DNA from: the human T2T-CHM13v2.0 reference genome, Homo sapiens
DNA: 64,000 bases
Assembly (NCBI RefSeq): GCF_009914755.1
Contig: NC_060926.1
Strand: one strand, 5' to 3'
Shown one piece after another: positions 26,301 through 38,870 of the stretch. The translations under genes were made by a program, and so were the position numbers. The stretch's first letter is position 1, and every line of letters starts with the position of its first letter. Below the pieces are notes generated by a model. It searched no databases, was not told the origin of the DNA, and was given only the letters and a program-made list of their open reading frames with translations.

Positions 26301-28776
26301 AGACATAGAAGCCAAAAGTAAGAAATGCAGATGTTACAAAGAGGTGGAAGAAAACCCATTTCAAATAAAAGTAAAAATATTTTATAACTAGTTATAAAAC
26401 TAAGTCTAAACTTTAAAAAACATTGTCAAATCAATGATATATTAAAAATGACATATTTATAAATTTCAAGATTACACAGACAAAAAGAGAGAGAAGTATA
26501 GGAGAAAAGAAGATTCCATGTTATGAAAGGTTGGGGAACTAAAAACATTTTATTTTCTCTTACCGCCAATATCAAACATATGATTGAAACGACAGGGCTT
26601 GATTTTATTTTCCTGTCTCTCTTTTTGGAATAGGACAAACACTGCCCTTCTCTCCATTATGTTCTTCTATTTAGATCCTAAATTATGCTTCCAGGAAGTT
26701 CTTGACTCTGACTCGTATTGAGCTATACTGACAAAAGGTGAAAGTAGAAAGTTAGACAAATAAAATTTATACACTGTGAAGACCAGCACGATGACAAGAC
26801 CTTTATAATATTAATACATTATTTTCATATAAACTGTAGTAAAGAGAGGCCCCATGACCTCATCCTTGTTCTGATGTTGTTTCTTAGCTAAAATATAAAA
26901 AATTGCATTTATACTATTTTAATTTATTCTTGTTAATTTCAGCCTAGTGCTCCCCCCCTCCATCAGGGCTCCCTTATCAGACTTTGGCTCCATCCCTCTT
27001 AGATTTGAACCATCTGGAGATTTGGCCAACAGCCACTTCTGCCTTCATCTAAACTCCTGTTTGGCAAACTTTAATCATTCAGAGACCAAAGTCACAATTT
27101 TCACACAATTTTTGACATATTTTGACATATTAACATGCAATAAATTTAATATTTTTCTTTAAATAATTTATATTTACATAAATTTATTTTAAAAGAAATT
27201 TTATAGCATAGATTTTATGTAAATCTCTATATAAACTCATTTTGGTCTGTGTGTCAAAACTCTCATCTGAGCCACCCACCAATAGTGCAATAGTACCTTT
27301 TAGGAACACACTGATTGTAGTCGTCAATATAATGGTAGGTAGGACCACAATGAAATGTGTATCTCATTTGTGATTCCACTTTCTGCTCTAAGGCCAGAGC
27401 TCCAGATAATATAGAAAGCCACAATTTAAGGCCATTGACTGATATAGTGAAGGCTGTGTGAAAGTTCTCTCACTCAGAGACATTTTTTAGTCTTGACATA
27501 TTTGCATTGGCTTTAAAAAGTTCATATTATTTTACATAGTTTATTTGGCTCTTAGCATCTGATGCTAAAATTATTTCAGCTGAGCTTATATCTGACTCTA
27601 CATTTCAATGGTCTTTCTGGAGACTATAAATTTTCTGATTTAGGTGCAAATATGCTTGGAGCAAATCATCTGAATCTATTTGCATTTTTAGTGAAAAATT
27701 CCAGACTCAATGATTTATCAAATTCAGTAGTGGTTTTGACCAATATGTGTATCACTCCATGCAATTAAAACAAGATAAAATATAATTTAATTTGTCATGC
27801 CAGTGGGGCATGAAAGAGTATTTTTTCTTTGTTTTAAATTCTGCCTTTGTCACCCCAAAATATCCCATATACATTAGGCTACAAGTTATTATTCAGATAA
27901 GATGATTAGTACAGTTTCTTTAAAATGGATTTAAATCTTTGGTAAGGATAGAAATGGTAATATTCAATGCAGAGATCAAAATGACAAGAGATAGTCATCT
28001 TCATTCTCCAGGGCACCATCTGATCACCAGCTGGGGTCAGAAAGAAATTTGTCTGGCCAAAGAAAAAGTGTCATATAATTCATTCCAATTGGTGCCTAAT
28101 GCAAACACTTTCCTCTCTCAGACCCAGCAGGTGTGGGCGACTCTTAACGATGCATCATCCTATTTTTCTACAGTAATTTTTCTCCATTATATTATCATTC
28201 CTTCCTTTATCTACTCCCTGTCTCAGTGCCTCTTTCTTTCATTACTTTCCTTCTTCATGCTCTGCCCTTTTCCTCTCCCCCTTAACTAATGAATTGGATA
28301 TGCATTTGGGCTTCAGAACTCTCACTCTCAGAAGCTCTGTCTGTCCCTTCACCTCTAATGGTGTGTTAGGCACCCACATCATCCTGCCATCATTTATTCT
28401 GTCCAGCTATTAATTCGCAGTAAAATTCTAGTGTCAATTGCAGAAGCCAGCTGCTGTTTGGACAATACTGTCAATGAGAGTGTAAAATGCAAAATGACAA
28501 GTTCCATTCTACCTAATGGGAGGTGTCAGCTTAAACAGGGTTTTCAATGTCTTGAAGTAGAGGTCAATTTCAGGAAAAATGTTTTCTCATAGGAATCCTT
28601 ATGTTCATGGAACCTAAAGATAAATAGGCAAGGTTCTATATATGTGCTACAGAAATTTAAATCCATATTGAGGTAGACTATCTCATGTTTCATCACATGC
28701 CTTACATGGTACTGAGACATTTGGAATGTTATATTTAAGATTCCATTTCAAATATCATTGACGAAGACCAGCAGGC

Positions 28777-28812
28777 TAGTAGTAGTAATAGTGGTAGCAG
28801 CAGTAGTAGTAA
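28777..28812. repeat. Imperfect (TAG/CAG)n trinucleotide repeat
   Basis: tagtagtagtaatagtggtagcagcagtagtagtaa. Confidence 0.8.
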
Positions 28813-28884
28813 TATATTAATGCATTAACTTTTTTCTTTTGCATAGCTTCTTCAACTTTTAACATGTTATGTTTAGTAAACCTG

Positions 28885-29150
28885 TATCCAGTAAGCATTT
28901 ATTATATGCTTGGGATCATGCTAGGTGAATTACATACTATTGCCAGTTTTTTATTTTTTGTACATAGAAAATGGCTGAACATTAGGCATTTCATGTGAGT
29001 CGACAATTTCCTATTTAATTGTCACAACAAAGCTGCGAGGTAATTATTAGTCCTATTCTATGTATGAAGAAACTAAGGATCAGAGTGTCTTTTGTGGAGT
29101 ATGTAGCAGAGTAGGGCTTCAGACTCCAATTATGCATGTTTTCCTTACCC
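28885..29150 (-). mobile_element. MIR fragments
   Basis: tttaattgtcacaacaaagctgcgaggtaattattagtcctattc...gaagaaactaagg. Confidence 0.55.
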
Positions 29151-31029
29151 CTACACAAAGCGTTCCTCCAGTCTTCTTTTGTTACTCATAACATTTCTGT
29201 TTGTTAAACTAAAGTTTCAGGAAAGAACTCAGGATCCTTAATTTGCTGCTAATCCAGCACCGTGCAGATTGTGAACATTGAATGTGAACTCCTTTCATTG
29301 TTTCTGAACCCAGGATATTTCTTTTTTCTCCTCTTAAAAACATAGTTTCTAGGCACATATGTTCTAACAACAGGAAGTTTACTAGAGCCATTATGCTCTT
29401 ACTTTAGGAATTCCTATGAGACAGGGACTATGGCGAGAACAAGGGTGCTTGGTCCCTTTGTACCAAGCATGCTTGTGGCAGACAGGCCACAGGTATACTT
29501 GCCTCACCTTTGATGATATGGCCCACAGCAAGGAAGACACCTCCAGCACAGAGGGCCTTTCATCAGTGAGCAAAGGTAGTACCTGGAGAACAAATCCTTC
29601 AAGACTGGTAAAGCTCTGTGTTCTTCCCAGATGGCCTCCCTGGAACCAAGCTGGGTGTTCTCCTGGCCAGTGAAATCTCTGGAGCTTACAAGCCATCAGC
29701 AAAGGGAAAATTGGAAAACCTTTTCACTGAAGCATTCACATACTACTGAAGCTCAGTTATGTACAGCTCGAACCAGGACTTGAACCTACCAGTGTCCAGA
29801 AACCATGCCCTTAGAGTTGGAGTAGTCAAAGTGGAGAAAAGACAAGTCCATATATCTAATTATTCACCTTCTAGAAAAAGCAGTCTTATTAAAATCTCTT
29901 GTATTATTTAGCCCAAGGTCCTAGGCCAAACAACTACCATTGTTCCACACTGCACCTGTTCTTCATCCTGGGTGGATTAGGAACTCTTAGTTTGCCATCA
30001 TCTCCTTTCATGACAGTCTCAATCATTGCAGCCAAACACTTTAGAACCATTCGTGATTTTTGTAGCATACTCAGTTTTCCAAATGAATAATAAATATAAT
30101 TCTGTCAACTATTTCGGGAACCCATGTATTATTTTTATTTTTTTTTCTGAGGGAAATAAGAAATCTATTTGCTTTTGCACAGTATATGGCAGTAAGAAGT
30201 ACCTCATTCATTCACTTTTTATTCATTTGATGCATGAAAAAAAGGCATTAAATGTATTTCAGTGTGTCACCTCAAATTCTGTGCAGCGAACAGTGATGAA
30301 TATGCTTGGTTCCTCAGCTGGGGTACTGTTTCATTTTTTTGTGACAATATCATTTGACAAGGCGATTCTGCATTGGCAATATTGTATCATATTTTTGTCT
30401 GCATGTAAATTATGTTGACAGTCTCATAAACATAAATTGGCAGGCATACTGTCCCAGAGCAATGTTTGTTAAAATACACTAATGGAATAGAATAAATAAA
30501 TTTTTCCAAAGCATTAATAACACAGTGGTGTGTCACTGCATTGTGCAAGAAGTTCTATGGGATATGGTACTGTCTATGCTAAATTAATATCACATATATT
30601 TCTTTATATATATTTTATTCAATCTCATGCTTATGTTTATAGATTAGTCATTCCATTTCACAGAGCTTTGTATAATAGCGGTCACCCACTTGTGATATTT
30701 TTAAAGAAGTCAGCATCGTCTGTGGCAGATATCTATAATGGAACATGTGTAAGGTGCAATTCATGTCTGACATTGTTATTACGTTGCTTTGTTCCAGATA
30801 GGGCTTCCTCTTTCTCACCCGCCAACCCAAGGACACACACTTAGCAGGCCTCTATCCTGATGGAGCAGGCAGATTCTACAGTGGGCAGATCTAAAGCAGT
30901 GCCAAACAACTGGGCACATACTTCATTTATATTTTTGGACCACAAAGATAATTTCCCTTCCAGATGTCTGTGGACAGACAGGATGGGGCACTGGCAAAAG
31001 TATGAACTATTCCATACTTTTTCACTTCT

Positions 31030-31120
31030 TTAACTTACTAGAAATGTGACCTTTGGTAAAACCCAAAATCTCTTTGAGCCTCAATTACTGTATAACTGGA
31101 ATAATCATGAATAAGGATAG
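31030..31120 (+). mobile_element. MIR fragment
   Basis: acttactagaaatgtgacctttgg...ctctttgagcctcaatt. Confidence 0.5.
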
Positions 31121-32300
31121 ATATCAACATTGAGATGTTGATTGTATTGCAATTGATGTGGTGTCTGGTTCATAACAGGCAAGGAGTATCTTAAAAGAAT
31201 GAATGGAGGAAGATAAAATGAGAGAAAGACAGAAACAAATACAATGAATTTAGCAATTTTATTTGATCAGATGATGGAAAATTTATATGCTGTGTCTCCA
31301 AACATATAAATGCTTGGAGCATAGAGAAATGGATAAAATTTTGAATTTTTGCAGAGTCAAGTCAGAGTGTACATTGGATTCCACATGTACCCTGACTCAT
31401 CTGCCTCCTGGATGGTAGCTCATGTACCCCTCTTTGGGTTTTCTAAATATCATCTTCCCTATTAACAGAGACCTGACACAGCTGTGACTTCTGATATTTG
31501 GGGAGAAAAGCTGAAGAACTAGGATTTTAAGATGAAAATTATAGGAAAGCAGTAGGGTTGGTCCCTAAGGGCCATGCCTGTGATCAGACTTGGGCCAGAA
31601 TACTTGTATGGTTGTTGCCTCTAATATCTGTTGCTTCAGCTTTATCTGGTCTCTCTCAGCTTTTACCCTGAGACTTTACAGAAGCACATTGTAAACTATT
31701 CATCTAGAAGAAAACATGTTTGTACATCAGTGCTAAACAAAGAAGGTTAGCGAACACAGGTCTTGCATCAGATGCATAAAACCAAACCATGTAAATATAT
31801 AGGTCATACAAGAGGAGAAAGTTCATATTTAATACACGGCTTCACTATAAGATATTATGTTTAAAGTTCAGTAACCACACTGATTAACCACAAAGATACG
31901 GTCCACCATATTGCTGTTATACCAGAGAGATTTTATCAAAGAGGTAAAATGTAAGAATTATTTATATGATTTAAGCAATAGTCAAGGCAAGAAATTATGA
32001 ATGCTTAGACTAATATGGCAGCTATAGGTGAGAAAGTGAATGTGGGGACAGGTGGTGCTTCATAAAACTAAGAGGCAGGATTTTGTCAAATTAAACAGCA
32101 GGTATTATTGAGCACCTAATACTTATGAAACATTATGCTGGACTTATGAATAAACAGGAGAAGTTTAACATACCTTCTGTAGTTGTCAAGAGTTTACAAT
32201 TCTATTGATGATATAAGCCTCACATATAAGCCAGTTCTTTATATATGTATATATGGTGGTCTCTTTTTATAGTTTGAGCCCAAAGCATTATTTAAAATCA

Positions 32301-32447
32301 ATTTTTATTTTAAGTTCCAGGTACATGTGCAGGATGCACAGGTTTGTTACATAAGTAAATGTGTGCCATGGTAGTTTGCTTCACAGATCAACCCATCGCC
32401 CAGGTATTAAGCCCACACCTAATAGCTGTTCTTCCTGATTCTCTCCA
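32301..32447 (-). mobile_element. L1PA8-10-like 3' end, truncated
   Basis: ttttaagttccaggtacatgtgcaggatg...ggtttgttacata...cccaggtattaagccc. Confidence 0.85.
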
Positions 32448-32469
32448 AGAACCAGAGCTCAGCTCACTA

Positions 32470-32911
32470 ATCCAAGTTAGCATGGCTTCTCAGATTCTGC
32501 CTCTTTAGGGCCTAGGTATCCATTTCTCAAGAGTGTTGCCCTCTGAATACTCACAGATGAATATTCCACAAGAATTGTCCTTGGCCTAAGGTAGTTGCCT
32601 TGTTCAAAGTTACTCTGTCTCTCTAGGGGCAATATAAATTCAATGACTGCTCTATGGGGAGATGCAGAGTCCCAGCCCCCTTGCCTCCATTGAGTACAGC
32701 TCTGAAGGTCTATTCTAGCTATAGAGCTCTCTCTGTGGGACTGGCTACTGTCCCTGTTGCAATGCATCACCATTCAACATAGCCCTGTGCCCAATCTTAC
32801 TTTCCTCCCTTGGTGATACTTGTTTTTCCTGAGAGCACTCCCCAATAAACCACCTGCACACAAACCTGCAGCTTGGACTCTGTTTTCTGGGAAACCTGAT
32901 CTACCTGCCAC
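32470..32911 (+). mobile_element. LTR16C-like solo LTR (ERVL class)
   Basis: gaattgtccttggcc...caatgactg...ccccttgcctc...gagagcactccccaataaaccacctgcacacaaa. Confidence 0.8.
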
Positions 32912-33544
32912 AGCTTGTGTGTTTTAAGGTTCAAAGAGCAGTACACATAATAAATTCTGTAGAAATATTGAAGAAGAGAGAGTATACATTTTGTATAATT
33001 GAACATCTCGTTATTTCCCAAACCTTGCAAAAATGCTTGTTGCATGCATGGTCAGCCCAATATACTTTTGCTAGATGAATGGCTTGTGTGCTCAGGAAAA
33101 CTGGCTAGATGTTGACAGGCAGGAGGGAAAATAACTATATAGTGATTGACTTGGGTAGCAGAAAGAATATTGTTATCATTCTCAAAAATAAAGAATTGAA
33201 CCAAGGGAGGAAATGTGAACTGATTGTTCCTTGTTGTGTTGAGTCTCAGGATGTTTAATAGACTGGAATTTTGGAACTGAATTAAGTGTAAGTTCAGTGT
33301 TCATTTTTCCTTTTGATATCTGACTCTGTTTCTGAAGGAATAGAGAAAAAGTCACTTATTGGTCCCAGCACTTGTACTCTGAGGTACTATAAACCTTTCT
33401 CTCCTAGAGAGTCCTAAAGAAGAATTTTCAAAGGCAATTTATCAAATATATATATATATATATTTGAAAATACCAAATATATATATGTGTGTGTGTTTAT
33501 ACTTTCGTAAAAACTTCCTAGAGCACAACTTGTAGTTAAGATGT

Positions 33545-34199
33545 GCTAACTCTTTGATATAATTCTGCATTTAGAAATGTATTCTAAGAAAGTAATTCAG
33601 ATATATGAAAGAATGAACCTCAAATTGATTATTAAAACAGTATTTAATCATAGCAAACAACTGATAACATAAATGCATTAGATAATTTAGATTATTTTTA
33701 TTATTGATAATTTAACAATGCCATCGATTGCTTCCCTCAAATGCAATATTATATGTTCATTAAATCAATGCTAGTTGAATATTTATCAATTTGGAAGAAT
33801 AGTCACATACAATTTTAGAAGGTATAAAGTATTAGCTATAGTATAATATTCTTTTTTGCTTACAAAATAAACGTGTATTTGGTACATATGTGAGTATGTA
33901 TGTGTATATGTATTTGTATATATGTACACATACATGTATCTGTGTCTTTCTCTTCATATATATACACACATATATATAAATAACCTTCATATATACACAC
34001 ACACATATATATACACACATATATACATATATATACATATATATACGTATATATATACACATATATACGTATATATATATACACATATATATATAACTAA
34101 CCTTCATATATACACACACACATATATACACACATATATACATATATATACATATATACATATATATACACATATATATACACATATATATATATACAC

Positions 34200-34234
<35 letters not shown>

Positions 34235-34345
34235 TATATATATATAACTTTCAAGGACTCAGAGGAAATACACCAAAGTGTAATAGTGGTTGTTCAGTAG
34301 AGAGATTGTGAAAATTCTTTTTAATTTATATTTTTCTGTTTTACT
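33545..34345 (+). mobile_element. L1ME-like 3' fragment hosting the TA/CA array
   Basis: aattctgcatttagaaatgtattctaagaa...; after the array aggaaatacaccaaagtgtaatagtggtt. Confidence 0.55.
33955..34250. repeat. Compound (TA)n/(CA)n/(TATACA)n repeat with higher-order units
   Basis: About 295 bp of alternating purine-pyrimidine; spacer taaccttca recurs. Confidence 0.95.
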
Positions 34346-34379
34346 ATTGTCTTTCTGTCCTCCCTCTTACATTTTTAGT

Positions 34380-35030
34380 TTCCTCTCTATCCAGATTAAG
34401 TTCCTTGATCTATTACTTTAGCTATTTTCTTGTCAATATGCTAAACTAACTTGTGATTATCATATGTGGCTGGCAGAGTCTCAACTGTGATTGACTCTAA
34501 CTGTAGAAATTTGTACAGTTCTATGTCCAACTCTGGGCTGCTGATAACAGCTCAGCAAATTATACCCAGGTCAACTGGGAATGCTAAAAATAGAGGGTTA
34601 GACTCATGTGCACCATACAAACATAACTGCTTATTTACCCATTCAGTTCTCACTCTCATTGCCCCCAGCAACCATTTCAAACTCCCTCTCTTGTCTTCAA
34701 ATTTCTAACCACCTTGACCTCCATGTTCTGTTACCTTTCTCAATCTTCAAGTAGTCAACCTGAGCTTCAGATTTATCTAGAAAATAGAACACATTGGATG
34801 GGAAACTTCTCATTCTACAAATGACCCAAGTCTATATGTCTGCCTCTTCCTATTCCCTTTTTCTTTTCAGTTCCACTCATTACAATGGAAGTCCAATTCT
34901 TCCAGTTCCTTGGATCCATTCCTTCACATGTAATAAAGGCCAGGGCACCACATGCTGCCCCCTTTTAACTTCACTTCCTGTATATCCTTCCCCAGTAGCT
35001 CTTTACCACCACTTTTCTTGCCTTAATTTT
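34380..35030 (+). mobile_element. Degraded L2
   Basis: Pyrimidine-rich L2-like tract (ctagaaaatagaacacattggatgggaaacttctca). Confidence 0.4.
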
Positions 35031-35044
35031 ATCATCCTGTTGAC

Positions 35045-35670
35045 ATTTTAAAAAATATTTTTGTGTTATAGGAAATATCTTAGATTTATACAAGGTTAAG
35101 TATGTAATGTTTTCTTGTGGGTAAAAAAATAGACAGTAACATATGAAAACATCCATGTACAAATTATTTTAACCTGCTGCCGTATTTGCTTCTGGTTATT
35201 AAAAATGCAAAATAAAACCCCAAATATTAGGAATCCTGTCAAAGAATTTTCTAATTTCCTTCTTCCCAGAGATAACTATTATCCTGAAGTTTGTGTGCAT
35301 TATTCCTGCTTGTATTTTTTATACTTCTAGGACACATAGTCTATCCATTAAAAGCTATATAGTATTTATGGTTTTTAAATTAACTCTTAATTAAAACTAA
35401 TTAAGAGTGGCAATAATGTATGCATCATTCTACTAGCTGTTTATTTTCTTACTCTTCATTATTTCTGGAATCTATCTAATTTATACATGTAGATCTTGTT
35501 AATTTTAATTGTTGCACAGTATTTCATGGTATGCATATACTGTAATTTATTGATCCATTTCCACACTTACGGGCATTTAAGTTTGTTAGAGTGTTCAGCT
35601 ATTACAAACAACGATGCAGTCAGTAACATTGGACATGTCTCCCTGTCAACATAAGTACAAATTTCTCCTT
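35045..35670 (-). mobile_element. L1ME-like 3' fragment
   Basis: cccagagataactattatcctgaagtttgtgtg...gggcattta...gctattacaaacaacgatgcag. Confidence 0.65.
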
Positions 35671-36065
35671 TGAGTAGATTTTGCTTATTTACAGATAAAA
35701 TTACAATAAAAGTGTGGGATTTTTTTCTGCATAAACCTGTTATTTTTCTGTCATCTTATTTATATTCTCCATTTATCTTTTTTCCCTCCTACTTTTCCTC
35801 CAGTTTCCCTGACTGACTTTCTTAATTCATTTTTCTTCTCCAGGTTGATTTGAAAGTTATGCATGCTATTTCTATTGTTTAGTGATTATTCTTACATTTT
35901 AACAAATTTATTTTATGTATCTTGAACATGAGTCCTAGGCTATTCCATATCTCTCTTCCTTCCCACAAAATAAGAGTTTTAAGCATAACTTCTGTCCAAA
36001 AATTCCACCTCACCCAGTGCTTTTTTTCGACTGTTGTTTTGATGATGACAGCTTTTGAATCTCAT

Positions 36066-36620
36066 CAGTATAACCTTGCATGGATTATGCTTAAATAAAC
36101 AGTAAAATTACTTTCTCTTTTAGAGTATGCAAGATGAACATCTACCATGCAAAAGTTAGGACATGGAAACAGTGGAAAATCCCATTGGTTAAAAAGTCTG
36201 GCTGCATTTTTTTGATGCCCAACTACTGACAGTTTTAAAGCCTTATCCTTTCTTTTTCCCTTCTGCCCCGTATCTGGGCAAGCTGATTAAAAAAAAAAAA
36301 AAAAAAACAAACCCTGGCACTCCCTCCCTTGTCTCCAGAGGGAGGTTCATATCACATAATCCCTTTTCCTTGTGTGGGAACCTTTACCCAAGACCAACCC
36401 CCTAACCACAATAAAAATTTTGAGCCTAAGGATGGGGCATTTTCTAGCTCTCAAGTCATTTTCAGATCTGTTTGAGGGCTTCCTGCTTGCACTAGAAAGC
36501 CTTTTTATGTGAATGTTAAGTCTTTTTATATCCTCTTGTTGCAAGTGTGGCATCAACAGTCTAGACACAAAGCAAATTTGGGATGGGGGTCCATCCTGTT
36601 TCTCTGGAGTGGTGACAACA
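36066..36620 (+). mobile_element. ERVL-class solo LTR (MER74/MER54-like) with internal A-run
   Basis: ccccgtatctgggcaagctgat...ccacaataaaa...gtgtggcatca...gggggtccatcctg...gtgacaaca; 5' boundary uncertain. Confidence 0.6.
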
Positions 36621-37101
36621 CCATACAAATCCAACTGAGCCACATCAAATTTTCCTTCCCAATAATTCCTTAGAAATTACACCGGAAATTCTCACATCAC
36701 CTCATCTTCTACTTTTAGGTCAGAGCTAAACACAGTCTGCATATTCTAAGACAAACACCGGTGATAGATAAAACTGACACTGCTCAAAGATTATAACAAA
36801 AACAAAGTTCAGGCTTTATTATAAATATAAAAATAATGGAAAAAGAACATGAGGTTTCAGAAGTAAAAGGGTACCATTGGTATAGATTACTGTAAATAAA
36901 AGATAAGAACATTCTGTAAACCATTATTCATGAAGCTAATTCTGTGAAAATACGAGAAATATATGAGAAGTTCATGAAATCAAAAGATGATTTATGAGGA
37001 ATGAATGGGCTAAAATGAAAAGGAAACAGATTGGGATGAAAGGTTCCAGCTGAGATGATGATGATAAACAACTATACCAATGATACCAACACAAATGATG
37101 C

Positions 37102-37464
37102 TGCAATAGACTGAATGTTTGTTTCTTCTCAGAATGTATCCTTTGGGTTTAAATCCTAATCTCCAATGTAATGGCATTTAGGAGGTGGAGCCTTTTGGAA
37201 GTGATTAGGTTATGAATTACCTCCCTCATGAATGGGATGAGTGCCTTTATGAAAGTGACCTAAGAGCTCTCCAGCACCTTCCAGTATGTAAGGACACAGG
37301 GAGAGGATAGCAGTTTGCAACCTGGAAAATGTCCCTTACCAGAACCTGATCATGCTGATACCCTGATCTTGAACTTCCAGCCTCCAGAACTGTGATACAT
37401 AAGTTTCTGTTCTTTATAAGCCACACAGTCTATGATACCTTGTTACAGCAGCTGAACTAAGGCA
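37102..37464 (+). mobile_element. MLT1A-like MaLR solo LTR
   Basis: tgcaatagactgaatgtttg...cttccagcctccagaactgtga...gaactaaggca; 5-bp TSD gatgc/gatac. Confidence 0.88.
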
Positions 37465-37764
37465 GATACTAAGAATCATGCTCACTATTTAGTTTGATTA
37501 CTATAAAGAGTTCGAGATGATCCAATAAATAACATCCTCCTTCTCCATTCAAGTTTGAGTTTATTGTTAAAATATGTAAATGCATGTATTAATATTAATA
37601 CAAATAGGTCAAAATATTGTGCTTCTTACAGGTAAAACTGATAACTGAGGGTGTAGCTTTCCTTTACAGGCAAGGATGTACTAATACTAATGCTGAATCT
37701 CAAAATTAGGCTTCCCTAGTCAATGGTGCAGGCCCAGGAAGACCTGGAAACATGGAGCAATTAA

Positions 37765-37904
37765 CCCACTTATGCCCAGTGTTTCATTATTGGAATGCTA
37801 AGCATGTGGGAGTTATTTATATCCTACTGCTCAGGGTCATCACCAAGGTTTGATTTTTCACTCATGTAAAAATTCAAAAAATTGCAACCTCAGGCATAAA
37901 TGGG
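37765..37904 (+). mobile_element. MER85, 140-bp non-autonomous piggyBac (PGBD3-derived) MITE
   Basis: TTAA on both sides (37761-64, 37905-08); 13-bp TIRs cccacttatgccc / aggcataaatggg; internal gctaagcatgtgggagttatttatatcctactgctca. Confidence 0.93.
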
Positions 37905-38631
37905 TTAAGGGGGAGGTAGTTCTAAACAGACAACTTGCAAAAAGAAGAGAAGTAGGATGAGCATGCCAAACTCCTTATATCTAACTCATAAGTAAGGTGC
38001 ATGCCTCCTTTTCGCAAAAGATAGGAGTGACTGAAGGCCTGGAAGGAGGCCAGTGTTATAAGTATTGGTGATTCTCCATAGGAGACTAAACCTTAGTAAT
38101 ACACTTTTTCCCAGTTACCCCCATCATGCCCATAGGCGATCAGAGGTGTAAACATTCCACTTACAGGAAGAGGTCAACAGTTGGGAAAGTCATATTCATA
38201 CTTCATGACACCACTCATCCAATAATAAACATGGTTCTTTGGGTATTTTCCTGAGTTTATCAGTGGGAAATATGAAATTTTGTTCCTATGAGGAACTAAA
38301 ATGCTTCCGAAAAATACACCAATTGATGAAGTCAAAATCTATTCTGTACACAAAGCTTAATTTCTATAATCTTTCTATCCAAACTAGACATAACTAGGTT
38401 TCCCAACATAGTCTATCAGAGGTTCTGCAGAATAATAAACACGGAAATTATATACAGATTTTTAAAATTTGAACATACTTTTCAATATCAAATTCTGAGC
38501 AAGGAATTAAATTTCAAATATTAAACCCCCTTGCATTTTACAACTCGAAATAAAGATGGAAATTTTTTTAAAATTTTCCTATTGAGAAACAATTCCAAAG
38601 AAATTTAAATTTGAAATTTCTCCTAGAGAAA

Positions 38632-38870
38632 GGAGTATGGTACAGTGAAGAAGAACATGGACTTCAGGGTCAGGATACCTGGGTTTTAATATCTGTTCTA
38701 TCACTTAATTGATATAAAATTTGCTTAATTGGTAAAAATTAAATGCTTCTCTGCTTTTCTCAATAAAATGAAGAAAATTTTATTCTTGATTTTAGTATGA
38801 GGATTAAATGAATGAATATAAATCAGATTGTTAGTGCAGTGCCTGACATTCACACTATGTGATGGTGAGT
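38632..38870 (+). mobile_element. MIR
   Basis: gtatggtacagtgaagaagaacatggacttcagggtcag...tgaggattaaatgaatg...cagtgcctgaca. Confidence 0.7.

Noticed and set aside
29391-29702. Overlapping ORFs and splice-like signals in a GC-richer patch
   Set aside because: No recognisable protein similarity and no consistent acceptor-donor pair; cannot support an exon.
33832-34311. Long ORFs (129-140 aa) rich in YI/HT/VC
   Set aside because: Stop-free reading through the TA/CA microsatellite.
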